NCBI GenBank assembly: GCA_038231275.1
Contig: JBBRLQ010000005.1
Span: forward strand, 1 to 64,000
DNA length: 64,000 bases
Origin: Polyangiales bacterium
GTDB taxonomy: Bacteria; Myxococcota_A; Polyangia; Polyangiales; Polyangiaceae
Direction: 5' to 3'
Below the pieces are notes generated by a model. It was not told where the DNA came from. It worked only from the letters and a program-made list of their open reading frames with translations, and searched no databases. Every line of letters starts with the position of its first letter. Within the stretch, counting starts at the first letter, position 1. The position numbers were made by a program, and so were the translations under genes. Of this stretch, positions 8,732 through 20,920 are shown one piece after another.

Positions 8732-10438
8732 TCAGAAAAACGAGGCCATCTCAAGATACACGTCCCGGATCGAGTCGACGCTGCCCTTCGCCGACGACCC
8801 CTTGGCCGCCTCTGCGATCTGCTCGAGGACCCTGCTCTCCGCGCCGTCGCCATACGCGATCGTGAAGACGCGCACCGGCGTCTCTTCGGTGGGGAAGCGC
8901 GCCTTGAGATCGGCGAGCGGGAGCTTGCTCCCCTCGTCGTTGCCGTCCGTCATCACGACGACGGCGTGCATGCGCTGCGGCTGCTCGACGGCCCTCTTCT
9001 GCGCCATCGCGTACGCGGCGGCGATCGCGTCGTAGAGCGACGTGCCGCCTTCGGCCATCACGCCGTCGAGCCGCTTGTCGAGCTCGGCGCGCCCGGTCGC
9101 GAGGCGCAGCGGCCCCACCGGCGGATAGACGACCCCGTCGAAGAACTCGAGCGTCACTTCGTCGCGATCGCCGAGGCTCGCGATGAAGCTCTGCGCGCCT
9201 TTCTTCGCCTCTTCGAGCGGCCGTCCGCGCATGCTCCCCGATTTGTCGAACGCGAGGATGACGTCGGCCCCCTTCTTCGTCGTGCGCCATACTTCGAGGA
9301 GCTTCTTCAGCGTCGCGCCTTCTGGAACGGGCAAGACGGTCTGCGGCTGCTTCGAATCGGCTCCGTGCGCAGCGTCGATCGGCGCGTCGATCGCGATGCT
9401 CGCGTCGGCGGGGCGGAAGCCGAGGGCGAGCGCTGCCTTTTGCGCGTCTTTCGATTTCAAGAACGCCAAGAGCGCTTCCGCGGCCTGACGTTCGTCCGCG
9501 CCGACCCAGTCCGCGTCGAGGATCGTGTACGGGTGATCGGACCAGAAGGTGCCCTCGACGGGGTAAATCGCGACGAGCGGCGGGCTCGGCGGCGGACTCT
9601 TGCTGTTCGCTTCGATCACGAGGTTCTCGTAGAGCACCGCCGCCGAGAGGTACGACGGGCCGCGCGAGACCATCTTGTCGGCGAAAAATCCGGTCGATTT
9701 ACCGTAGTGGACGATCGTCTCTTCGACCGAGGTGAGAAGCTGTTGCGTCGCCTTGTGGTCGAGATCAGAGGCCGTGAGATCGCGCGTCTTCTTGGCGCCG
9801 GCGTACGCCTCGGCGAGGACCGCGAGGTACCCGGAGTTCGAGAACTCGGGGTGGCAGTGGCCGAATTTGAATTTGCCCCACTCGGGGAAGCCGAGAGCGC
9901 CCCAGCCCTTCGGGTTCTGGCTCACCTTCAAGAGGTCCTGCCACGAGAGCTGCTTCTTCGGCCAGCCGAGCGCTTCGGCCATCGGCTTCCACATCGCGAT
10001 GACGACCGGCGAGAGGACGACCGGATCGCCGCCCTTCGCGATCGCCTTGGCGTGCCCGGGTTGGGCCATCCACGCGTCGTTGAGGAGCGTCACGTAGAGC
10101 GCCGATGCTGGGCTGAAGACGTGCGCCTTGAACGAGCCGCCGGTGATCGCGGTGAGCGCCTCGCCGGAGCCCATCGCGCGGGCGTCCACTTTGATGGGCC
10201 GGCCCGACGCGGTCTTGCCGCCGGAGGCCTGAAACGCCTTGATTTGCGCCTCGAGCCAGGTCTTCTTCTCGCTGCCGTACGCGATCGAAAGCGTGACGGG
10301 CGGCTTTGCGGTGGCCGCGGCGGCGGGCGACGACGCGTCGGGCTTCGGATCGGCAGTCACCGTACCTTTTTTGTCGTCGCACGCGATCGCGAGCGCGAGG
10401 AGCGCGAGCGTCCAGATCCAGAGTCGGTTCACAGGCAT
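8732..10438 (-). CDS. Lipoprotein with SBP domain and C-terminal vWA domain
   Basis: Lipobox AIAC; SBP motifs; MIDAS DKSGS..GGT..TDG; RBS GAGGAGG (start could be GTG at 10432). Confidence 0.88.
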   Translation of the reverse strand: MPVNRLWIWTLALLALAIACDDKKGTVTADPKPDASSPAAAATAKPPVTLSIAYGSEKKTWLEAQIKAFQASGGKTASGRPIKVDARAMGSGEALTAITGGSFKAHVFSPASALYVTLLNDAWMAQPGHAKAIAKGGDPVVLSPVVIAMWKPMAEALGWPKKQLSWQDLLKVSQNPKGWGALGFPEWGKFKFGHCHPEFSNSGYLAVLAEAYAGAKKTRDLTASDLDHKATQQLLTSVEETIVHYGKSTGFFADKMVSRGPSYLSAAVLYENLVIEANSKSPPPSPPLVAIYPVEGTFWSDHPYTILDADWVGADERQAAEALLAFLKSKDAQKAALALGFRPADASIAIDAPIDAAHGADSKQPQTVLPVPEGATLKKLLEVWRTTKKGADVILAFDKSGSMRGRPLEEAKKGAQSFIASLGDRDEVTLEFFDGVVYPPVGPLRLATGRAELDKRLDGVMAEGGTSLYDAIAAAYAMAQKRAVEQPQRMHAVVVMTDGNDEGSKLPLADLKARFPTEETPVRVFTIAYGDGAESRVLEQIAEAAKGSSAKGSVDSIRDVYLEMASFF

Positions 10439-10609
10439 TCCTCCTCGCGGCGCGCCACCCTGACGCGTCGCGGGGGCATTGTGCCAGAGGTGCCGCGGGA
10501 ACGGGGAAAGGGCTTTTCGCGCCTTCGACACACCTCCGCCTCCAAGCGCCCACGAAAGTTGGCCGGCGCGCGGCGCGACGGTCGCTCGGGCCCTATTCTT
10601 TACGAGCCG

Positions 10610-11023
10610 ATGCCCGCGAGCCACACACGCGTCCGTCCTGGAAGAGTCCTCCTCGTCGACGACGAGCCCATGTTCCTGCGGATGCTCCACGACACGCTCG
10701 CGAGCGATCACTACGTGCAGGCGTGCGGGCGCGCCGCCGACGCCCTCGTCGCGCTCGAGCGGACGACGTTCGACGTCGTACTCTGCGACGTCAACATGCC
10801 GGAGATGGACGGCCCGACGTTCTTGGCGCGCGTGCAGGCGCGGTCGAGCGAGGACGCGCGGCGCATCGTCTTCATGACCGGAGATCGCACGCACCCCCTG
10901 ACCGCCGCGTTCGTCGACTCGATCTCCAACCTGTGCCTCGACAAGCCCTTCGATCTGGACGACGTGCGCGCGCTCATCGCGCGTCGCGTGCGCGGACCGG
11001 CGAGGATCGCGCGCGAGGTCTGA
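10610..11023 (+). CDS. Single-domain response regulator (CheY-like)
   Basis: VLLVDDE, DVVLCDVNMPEMDG, FMTG, KPF. Confidence 0.9.
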   Translation: MPASHTRVRPGRVLLVDDEPMFLRMLHDTLASDHYVQACGRAADALVALERTTFDVVLCDVNMPEMDGPTFLARVQARSSEDARRIVFMTGDRTHPLTAAFVDSISNLCLDKPFDLDDVRALIARRVRGPARIAREV

Positions 11024-11096
11024 GGCTGCGGCGAAAATCAGCGGCCCGCGTGATGGCGGAGGCGGAGGTCACGGCGCGAGGGTAGAGTTCGCCGCC

Positions 11097-12104
11097 ATGA
11101 AGAACCACGTCGGCGCCCTCGGTGCATTCGCCGTCCTCTTGATCGTCGCGTGCGGCAGCTCCAGCAGCTCCAACGGCGGGACGGCCAACGACGCGGGCGC
11201 TACTCCCGACACCGGCGCGCAGGCGGACGGCGGCGGCGACGCGGGCGGAGGCGGTGGCGGTGGCGATGGCTCTTCAGGGTCGGACGGCGCGGCCGCGGGC
11301 GACGGCGCGATCGGCGGCAATCGTCCTGTCCCGGTGCACGTCCCCCCGAGTTACGTGCAAGGTACACCGATGCCGCTGGTCGTCATGCTCCACGGCTACA
11401 GCGTGACCGCGAACACCGAGGAGTTCTACCTGAAGCTCACCCCGCTCGCCGACGCGCGCGGCTTCCTCTACGCGACCCCGCAGGGCCTCATCGACACCCA
11501 GGGCAACCCGTACTGGAACGCCACCGACGCGTGCTGCGATATCGGAGGCACCGGCGTCGACGACTCGACGTACCTTAGCACGGTCATCACGCAGATCTCG
11601 GCGAAATACACGGTCGATCCGAAGCGCGTCTTCTTCGTCGGCCACTCCAATGGCGCGTTCATGTCCTACCGCATGGCGTGCGATCACTCCGATCAGGTCG
11701 CCGCCATCGCCAGCCTCGCGGGTGCCATGGTCGCCGACGTCTCCAAGTGCGCGCCGAAGGGACCCGTCAGCATCCTGGAGATCCACGGCAACGCCGACGC
11801 GACGATCAGTTACAACGGCGGCAGCCAGATCCCCGGCCACCCGTACCCGAGCGCCGCGACGACGGTGGGCGATTGGGTGACTCTCGACGGCTGCGACGCG
11901 ACCGCCGACACTTCCTCGCCGCCGCTCGACCTCGACACGACGCTCGCAGGCGCCGAGACGACGGTCACGAAATACGCCGCGGGCTGCAAGCCCGGCGGGC
12001 ACGCGGAGCTGTGGACGATCCAAGGCGGAGGCCACATCCCCAACTTCGGCGGCGCCTTCGCGCCCGCGATGATCGATTTCCTGCTCGCACACCCGAAACC
12101 CTGA
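11097..12104 (+). CDS. PHB-depolymerase/LpqC-like esterase lipoprotein
   Basis: Lipobox IVAC; PLVVMLHG; WNA; GHSNG; HGNAD; GGGH. Confidence 0.85.
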   Translation: MKNHVGALGAFAVLLIVACGSSSSSNGGTANDAGATPDTGAQADGGGDAGGGGGGGDGSSGSDGAAAGDGAIGGNRPVPVHVPPSYVQGTPMPLVVMLHGYSVTANTEEFYLKLTPLADARGFLYATPQGLIDTQGNPYWNATDACCDIGGTGVDDSTYLSTVITQISAKYTVDPKRVFFVGHSNGAFMSYRMACDHSDQVAAIASLAGAMVADVSKCAPKGPVSILEIHGNADATISYNGGSQIPGHPYPSAATTVGDWVTLDGCDATADTSSPPLDLDTTLAGAETTVTKYAAGCKPGGHAELWTIQGGGHIPNFGGAFAPAMIDFLLAHPKP

Positions 12105-12115
12105 GCACGCGTCTT

Positions 12116-13168
12116 TTACCTGCAAACGAGCTCGAGCAGCGTGTCGGGCGGCGGCGCCATCGCCGGCGAGCGCGTCCCGCGTGCCTTGCGCACCTGGCTC
12201 AAGAAATTCCCGAAGTGCGCCTTCGGCTGCGTCGGCTCGTCGGCGTAGACCGGATCGCCGAGCGCCTCGTCGAGCGACACCCAGCGCGCGCCGTTCTTCT
12301 CGTAGGTCGACAGGAGCGCGTCCATCATCTCGGCGTCGAACGCGCCCACGTGGAGCAGCAAGATCTGCTTCACCGGACGCCCGAAGAGCTCGCGGGACGC
12401 CGCGTCGGCCCACCGAAGCTCGAACGCGGCGTGATCGAGGTAATCCTCTTTGAGCGCGTCGATCGCCTTGGAATCCCCCTTCGCAAGGCACCGCGCGTAC
12501 GGGGGGTTGTACGCCCAATCGAAGAAATCGATCGTGACCTGCGCGATGCGGTAGTGCCGTTGCAAGAGTCCGTCGCGGATCGCTCTGCGCGTCTCGAGGT
12601 CGCGGCCTTCTCGCAGGTAGGGATACCGGAACACCTTCCACGCGCGCTCGGCGGCTGGCGCCGGCTCGGCCTTCGAGAGCGCACGCAGGGTCGCCTCGTT
12701 CGCGTCCACGTCGGCGAGGTAGTCGGCCACGCTCATCCCGCCGCCGAGGTCAGGGTGCGTGTACGTGTGGTTTCCCAGCGGGTGGCCGGCTCGAACCCAC
12801 GCGGCGAGGGCCGCGCGATCCTCGGCGTGCTCTTCGAGCTTCTTCGCGTTGATGAAGCCATAGACCGGCGGCGTCTTGTGCGCGGCGAAGACCGCCAGCA
12901 TCTTCTCGTGGATGGCGAGGCGCGTCACGCCCGGCACGTCGGGGCCGTGGCGCGGGAGATCGTCCACCGTGATGGCGACGTCGATCGGATCCTTGGGCGT
13001 CGCGATCGCCGCGCCTTTCGTCACGGCGGGGGCGACGCCGGGTGACGGCGGAGACGGCGGAGACGGCGGAGACGGCGCATGCCCAGGCGCCGCCGCGCAC
13101 GCCGCGACGAAGAGGCAGAACGCCGCGGCGAACAGGAGACCTCGCGGTCCTTGGCGGAGGCACGGCAC
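12116..13168 (-). CDS. Polysaccharide deacetylase (CE4/NodB) lipoprotein
   Basis: Lipobox VAAC; TVDD, GNHTYTH, FRYPY, DW, LLLH; start uncertain. Confidence 0.85.
   Translation of the reverse strand: MPCLRQGPRGLLFAAAFCLFVAACAAAPGHAPSPPSPPSPPSPGVAPAVTKGAAIATPKDPIDVAITVDDLPRHGPDVPGVTRLAIHEKMLAVFAAHKTPPVYGFINAKKLEEHAEDRAALAAWVRAGHPLGNHTYTHPDLGGGMSVADYLADVDANEATLRALSKAEPAPAAERAWKVFRYPYLREGRDLETRRAIRDGLLQRHYRIAQVTIDFFDWAYNPPYARCLAKGDSKAIDALKEDYLDHAAFELRWADAASRELFGRPVKQILLLHVGAFDAEMMDALLSTYEKNGARWVSLDEALGDPVYADEPTQPKAHFGNFLSQVRKARGTRSPAMAPPPDTLLELVCR
13044..13077. repeat. 9-bp tandem repeat (GACGGCGGA) x3.8 encoding a PSP linker
   Basis: Read directly from the sequence; in-frame in the deacetylase N-terminal linker. 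Confidence 0.85.
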
Positions 13169-13267
13169 GTCGACGCGCCTAGCACCGTCAGGAAGGCGAG
13201 CCAATCCCACCTTCCCCAAATTGCGTCGATTTCTCGCGCCTCTTATTGCACTCTGGGGCCCCCCAAC

Positions 13268-15903
<2,636 letters not shown>

Positions 15904-15907
<4 letters not shown>

Positions 15908-16695
15908 CCGACGAGGCGTTCCCGATCAAGACCGAGCAGCGCGGCACCGTCGCCGTGTGGACGATCGATCGCGAGGCGCGGATGAACGCGCTCTCACGCG
16001 CGACACTGCTGGCGTTCGGCAAGCTCGCGCGTGAAGCGGCGACGAACGGGTCGATCCGCGCGATCGTGATCACCGGCGCCGGCGACAAGGCGTTCTGCGC
16101 GGGCGCCGATCTCAAAGAGAGGCAAGGCATGACCGAGAACGACGTGCGCGTGCAGGTCGAGCTCTATCGCTCCGAGCTCGGGCCGCTCGATCGGTCGCCG
16201 AAGCCGGTCGTCGCGGCGATCAACGGCGCAGCGTTCGGCGGCGGTCTCGAGCTCGCGCTCCTCTGCGATCTGCGCGTTGCGGCCAAGCACGCGATGGTCG
16301 GTCTGCCCGAGACGACGCTCGGGATCATCCCGGGCGCAGGCGGCACGCAGCGCTTGCCGCGCGTCGTCGGGGAGGCGCGCGCAAAAGAAATGATCCTCCT
16401 CGGGCGAAGGCTCACCGCGGACGAGGCGCTCGCGTGGGGCCTCGTTAATCGCGTGACCCCGGCGGGGACGAGCGTGGTCGACGACGCCGTCGCCTTCATC
16501 GCCCCGATCGCGGCAGGCGCCCCCATCGCGCAGGCTGCCGCGCTCGAGGCGATCGACCGTGCGTTCGGGTCGACGCTCGAGGTCGGCCTCGAGCTCGAAA
16601 AGGTGAGTTATGACAAGACGCTGGTGAGCGAGGACCGCCGTGAGGCCCTCGCCGCGTTTGCGGAAAAGCGCCCCCCCGCGTTCCGGGGTCGGTAG
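15904..16695 (+). CDS. Enoyl-CoA hydratase, probably methylglutaconyl-CoA hydratase (LiuC-like)
   Basis: AFCAGADLKER, GGGLE, PETTLGIIPGAGGTQRLPR; ATGA overlap with pepN. Confidence 0.85.
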
Positions 16696-16759
16696 GCCCA
16701 TCCGCCCGGCGCATCATCCTACAATTACCTACGGTGTCCCACCGTTGAAAAGACCCGGA

Positions 16760-16788
16760 TTGACCCCGGCCCCAAGCCCTCGTTTAGT
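16760..16788 (+). promoter_or_regulatory. Possible sigma70-type promoter
   Basis: TTGACC-N17-TTTAGT in an AT-richer gap, 20 nt upstream of the ATG at 16809. Confidence 0.35.
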
Positions 16789-16808
16789 AAGAGTAGGGCA
16801 CAGAAAGC

Positions 16809-18269
16809 ATGAACCGACTCGGCATCTTCGGCGCGGCGGCCTCGCTGCTCGCTGCGGGCGCGCTCGCGCTTGCGTGCGCCAGCGTGCTGGGCGTCGATGA
16901 TGCGATCCTCGATCCGCCCGTGGCGGATGGGGGCGGGCTCGATGCACCTCAGGATGTCGCGCCTCCGTTGGACAGCGGGGGAGGCGGGCCGGACGTCGTC
17001 GTCCTCGTCGACGCGGGCGTCGACTGCGTGAACGAGCAAGCCGACGACGCGCACGGCATCTTCGTGTCTCTCGGCGGCGTCACCACGACGAACTGCGGCT
17101 CGAAGGTGCAGCCTTGCGCGACGCTCGCGCTCGGTATGACGCGCGCGAAGGCTGTGCCGGGCATCACCACCGTCTTCGTCGACAGCGGGAAATATGCGGA
17201 GACGCTGGCGCTCGCCGGCGTCGGCGGTCTTCTCGTTCAAGGCGGATGGGACGACGTTGGCGGCGTGTGGCGGCGTCAGTGCACGACCACGCGCGCGCAG
17301 AGCGTGAAGATCGTCGGGCAAGGCGGGATCGGCGTCATGGCTACGGGCATGACCGGCCTCGCGACGCTCGACACATTGTCGATCGAGGTCGGGCTCGCCG
17401 GCGCGGGCGGCAGCCAGTCGCTCTATGGCGTCTTCGTCAGCGGCGCGACGTCATGGGTGAAGCTCGTCGACGTCGGCATCGCCGTCGGAAACGCGGGCGC
17501 GGGCGGCGGCGGCGGTCCGGGCGGCGCGGGCGCGGACGGCGCGAACTGCGCGGGCACCGGCGGCGCGGCCGGCGGCAATGGAAGCGCGGCGGGTCCTGCG
17601 GGCGGCGGCGTGTTCACGTCGGGCGGGTACACGGCGTCCGGCGGCGGCTCCGGAAACGGAGGCGGCAATGGCAACGGCACCGCCGGCGGCAACGGCAAGA
17701 CCGTGGCCTGCGTGAACGCGTGCAGCGTGAACGTCGATGGCGGCGTCTGCGATCCGCCGGCGACGACGAACGTGAAGGGCGACAACGGCACCGGCGGCTG
17801 CGGCGGCGGCGCCGGAAACGAAGGCGCGGGCGGCGGGCCAGGCGGAAGCTCGGTCGCTGTTTATGTTTGGGATGGCCAAGCGAACCTCGTCCGCGGTGCG
17901 GCCGGCGCAGGCAACGGCGGCGCGGGCGGCGCGGGCGGCGGAGGCGGCGCCGGAGGCGGGGGCGTCGCAGGAGCGAAGGGTGCGGACAAAGCTCCGTGCG
18001 CGACGACGTGCGCATACGACGCGGTCGGCCCGACATGCACGCCCGCGACCAACGTCACGCCGACAGGCGGAGCGGCCGGCGCCGTGGGCGGCAAGGGCGG
18101 CAACGGCGGCAGCGGCGGTGGCGCATCCGGCGGCTACTCGTACGCAGTCTTCTCCAACTCCAACGCGATCGTCACGGTCGACACGACCGCGCTCCTCCAC
18201 GGGACCCCGGGCGCCGGCGGCGGTGGTGCCCCTGCCGGTCAGGCGGGCGACACGGGGACCGTGCAGTGA
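16809..18269 (+). CDS. Gly-rich (PE-PGRS-like) lipoprotein with a DUF1565/beta-helix-like N-domain
   Basis: Lipobox ALAC; IFVS..G....CGS..QPCATL..G; V.SGKYAE; long GGxGG repeats. Confidence 0.7.
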   Translation: MNRLGIFGAAASLLAAGALALACASVLGVDDAILDPPVADGGGLDAPQDVAPPLDSGGGGPDVVVLVDAGVDCVNEQADDAHGIFVSLGGVTTTNCGSKVQPCATLALGMTRAKAVPGITTVFVDSGKYAETLALAGVGGLLVQGGWDDVGGVWRRQCTTTRAQSVKIVGQGGIGVMATGMTGLATLDTLSIEVGLAGAGGSQSLYGVFVSGATSWVKLVDVGIAVGNAGAGGGGGPGGAGADGANCAGTGGAAGGNGSAAGPAGGGVFTSGGYTASGGGSGNGGGNGNGTAGGNGKTVACVNACSVNVDGGVCDPPATTNVKGDNGTGGCGGGAGNEGAGGGPGGSSVAVYVWDGQANLVRGAAGAGNGGAGGAGGGGGAGGGGVAGAKGADKAPCATTCAYDAVGPTCTPATNVTPTGGAAGAVGGKGGNGGSGGGASGGYSYAVFSNSNAIVTVDTTALLHGTPGAGGGGAPAGQAGDTGTVQ

Positions 18270-19906
18270 GCAGCACGAAGCCCCCCAAGGGCCCAAGCGG
18301 CCCGCCGCCGTGGAACTTCGACGACGAGATGTCCGGCTCGGAGGACGTCTCCTTCGAGGACTGGCCCGCCGAGGCCGGCGTCGCGCCGCCCGCGCCCGGC
18401 GAGAAGCGTCCGAGCTATCGCCCCACGCGTCGATCGATCCCGCCCGAGGTGCCCGGCTGGCCGCCCGCAGAGGGCACCGTTCTGCTCGGCAAATACCGCA
18501 TCGAGCGCGTCCTCGGAAAAGGTGGGATGGGCGTCGTCGTCGTCGCGCGCCACTTGCAGCTCGAGCAACAGGTCGCGATCAAATTCCTCCACCCCGCCGC
18601 GATGGAGGATCCGGACGTCGTCGTCCGCTTCGCGCGCGAGGCGCGGGTGCTCGCGCAGATCCAGAGCGAGCACGTCGTCCGCATCCTCGACGTCGGTCAC
18701 CTCGCCAAGGGCGAGCCGTACATGGTCATGGAGTACCTCGAGGGGACGGATCTCTCGCGCGCCGTGAAGGTGCGCGGGCCGCTGCCGCTCGACGAGGCCG
18801 TCGACTACCTGATCCAGGCGTGTGAGCCGCTCGCCGAGGCGCACGTCCTCGACATCATCCACCGCGATCTGAAGCCCTCGAACCTGTACCTGTCGCGCCG
18901 CGCGGACGGGACGTACACGATCAAGGTCATCGACTTCGGCATCTCCAAGGTCAAGGCGAGCGAGACCGAGCTGTCGATGACCAAGACGTCGGTCATCCTC
19001 GGCTCGCCGCTCTACATCTCGCCCGAGCAGCTGCGCAGCGCGAAGGACGTCGACGCGCGGAGCGACATCTGGGCGCTCGGCGTCATCCTCTACAAGCTCC
19101 TCACCGGGCATCCGCCGTTCATGGCCGACACGATCGCGCAGCTGTGCGCGATGATCCTCCTGAACCCGCCGCCGCGCATCACCGAGGCGAGGCCCGACCT
19201 GCCTCCGGCGTTCGAGGCGGTGCTCACGCGGTGCATCCACAAAGACCCCGATCGACGCTTTCAGAACGTCGGGCAGCTCGCCGACGCGCTCGCGCCCTTC
19301 CTTGCGGCCGACGCGGAGGCGCACGACTCGGTGCTCCGGATTCGACGCATCATGCGCGCGTCGCCGAAGGACGCGCACACCGGGTCACTGTCGGACCTCG
19401 GCTCGGGTGCGCTGCCGTCGGGGCCTGTCTCCGAGCAGACGTCGAGCCCGGGCCTTCCGCGCGCGAACACCGACGGCGGCGCGTCGCTCACGCTCGGAGG
19501 CTCCGCGGCGGAGCTCGCGATGGTGCACCGCCAGCAGCGGAAGCGAAGGGTCATCGCGACCGCAGCGGGGGCAGCGCTGGCCTGCGTCGCGGCGGCGGCC
19601 GGCGTCGTCGCGATGGTGAAGCTGCGTCAGCCGCGCGGCGAGCCCACGCATCAGATCGAGCTGGGCTCACCCCCGATCCAGCCGCTGCAGCCGCTCCCAC
19701 CGCCGCCTCCGCCAGTGATGACGACGGAGCCTCAGTCTCCGTTGTCGCCGCCGCCCGTCGCGTCCACGCCCGATCCGATCCCTCCGCCGCCGATCGCCGC
19801 GACGACCACGAGCGCGTCGTCCGCGAAGCGAGTGCCCGTCGCGCCGCCCCCCATCCGTCGCCCTCCCAAACCGGTCGAAAACACCGAGTTCGGCGACCGA
19901 AAATAG
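18266..19906 (+). CDS. Membrane Ser/Thr protein kinase (Hanks type)
   Basis: LGKGGMGVV, VAIK, HRDLKPSN, DFG, SPE, DIWALG; TM helix and Pro-rich C-terminus; GTGA overlap. Confidence 0.93.
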   Translation: MSSTKPPKGPSGPPPWNFDDEMSGSEDVSFEDWPAEAGVAPPAPGEKRPSYRPTRRSIPPEVPGWPPAEGTVLLGKYRIERVLGKGGMGVVVVARHLQLEQQVAIKFLHPAAMEDPDVVVRFAREARVLAQIQSEHVVRILDVGHLAKGEPYMVMEYLEGTDLSRAVKVRGPLPLDEAVDYLIQACEPLAEAHVLDIIHRDLKPSNLYLSRRADGTYTIKVIDFGISKVKASETELSMTKTSVILGSPLYISPEQLRSAKDVDARSDIWALGVILYKLLTGHPPFMADTIAQLCAMILLNPPPRITEARPDLPPAFEAVLTRCIHKDPDRRFQNVGQLADALAPFLAADAEAHDSVLRIRRIMRASPKDAHTGSLSDLGSGALPSGPVSEQTSSPGLPRANTDGGASLTLGGSAAELAMVHRQQRKRRVIATAAGAALACVAAAAGVVAMVKLRQPRGEPTHQIELGSPPIQPLQPLPPPPPPVMTTEPQSPLSPPPVASTPDPIPPPPIAATTTSASSAKRVPVAPPPIRRPPKPVENTEFGDRK

Positions 19907-20895
19907 TGCCCGTGCTCTCGCGCAAGGTCCTTGGAGTCTCCGTCGTTCTCGCCGCGTGCATCGTCACACCCGGCGCCGCGTCGGCGCAGAGTGCGCAGGA
20001 CAAAGCGGCCGCCGACGTTCTCTTCCAGCAGGGCAAGAAGCTCATGCAGGAGAACAAGCTCGCCGACGCGTGCCCCAAGTTCGCGGAGAGCCTGCGCCTC
20101 GACACCGGCACCGGCACGATGCTCTGGCTCGCCGACTGCTACGAGCGCTCGGGGAAGACGGCGAGCGCGTGGGGGCAGTTCCTCGAGGCGGCCGAGACCG
20201 CGGTGAAGACCAAGGACGCCCGCGAGAAGATCGCGCGTGAGAGGTCCAAGCAGCTCGAGCCGCGCCTCGTGAAGCTCCAGATCGTCGTTCCCGACGCGGT
20301 CGCCGCGCAGGGGATCGAGATCAAGCGCGACGGCTCGGTGCTGGGGAAGCCACTTTGGGGGACCGCGGTCCCCGTCGATCCCGGCGGGCACGCGATCGTC
20401 GCGCATGCGCCGGGCTTCAAGACCTGGGAAGGGAGCATCGAGACGAGCGTAGAAGGCAAGACGGTGACGGTGACGGTGCCGAAGCTCGTGGCCGACGCCG
20501 CGCCGGTCGATCCCGTCGTCGCGAAGCCCGAGCCCAAGCCCGGCGATCGCGGCGGCACGCAGCGCACGCTCGCGTTCGTGGCTGGCGGCGTCGGCGTCGT
20601 CGGCGTCGGCCTGGGCGTCGTCTTCGGCCTGAGCGCGAAGTCGAATCTCGACGACTCGAACGCCAACGGCCACTGCGTGAACAACCACTGCGACGCGATC
20701 GGCTTCCAATCGCGGAGCGACTCGAAGGACGCGGCGACGCTCTCGACGGTCGCGTTCGTCGTCGGCGTCGTTGCGCTCGGCGCAGGGGCCGCCCTCTACT
20801 TCACGGCGCCCAAGGGGCCGCAAAAGGCGGGCCTCCAGATCGCTCCGCAGGTCGGCAAGGGCACCGGCGGCGTGGAGATCCTCGGGCGTTTCTGA
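19906..20895 (+). CDS. TPR + PEGA-like protein with C-terminal Gly-rich TM hairpin
   Basis: Signal peptide; ACPKFAES, LADCYE; VDPGGH; Cys pair between hydrophobic helices; ends GRF. Confidence 0.75.
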   Translation: MPVLSRKVLGVSVVLAACIVTPGAASAQSAQDKAAADVLFQQGKKLMQENKLADACPKFAESLRLDTGTGTMLWLADCYERSGKTASAWGQFLEAAETAVKTKDAREKIARERSKQLEPRLVKLQIVVPDAVAAQGIEIKRDGSVLGKPLWGTAVPVDPGGHAIVAHAPGFKTWEGSIETSVEGKTVTVTVPKLVADAAPVDPVVAKPEPKPGDRGGTQRTLAFVAGGVGVVGVGLGVVFGLSAKSNLDDSNANGHCVNNHCDAIGFQSRSDSKDAATLSTVAFVVGVVALGAGAALYFTAPKGPQKAGLQIAPQVGKGTGGVEILGRF

Positions 20896-20920
20896 GGCTT
20901 CGGGGTATGCTGCCCGCCCC

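Noticed and set aside
10470-10490. Sigma54 promoter (TGGCAC on the minus strand)
   Set aside because: No TTGC -12 element at the required spacing
8633-11023. 796-aa plus-strand ORF
   Set aside because: Antisense shadow of the SBP-vWA gene; only the last 137 aa (response regulator) are credible
17490-18240. Gly-rich GGC repeats as CRISPR or DNA repeat array
   Set aside because: Low-complexity coding sequence with no fixed repeat-spacer period
17114-18265. Arg-rich N-terminal extension of the kinase
   Set aside because: Alternate frame of the Gly-rich lipoprotein gene
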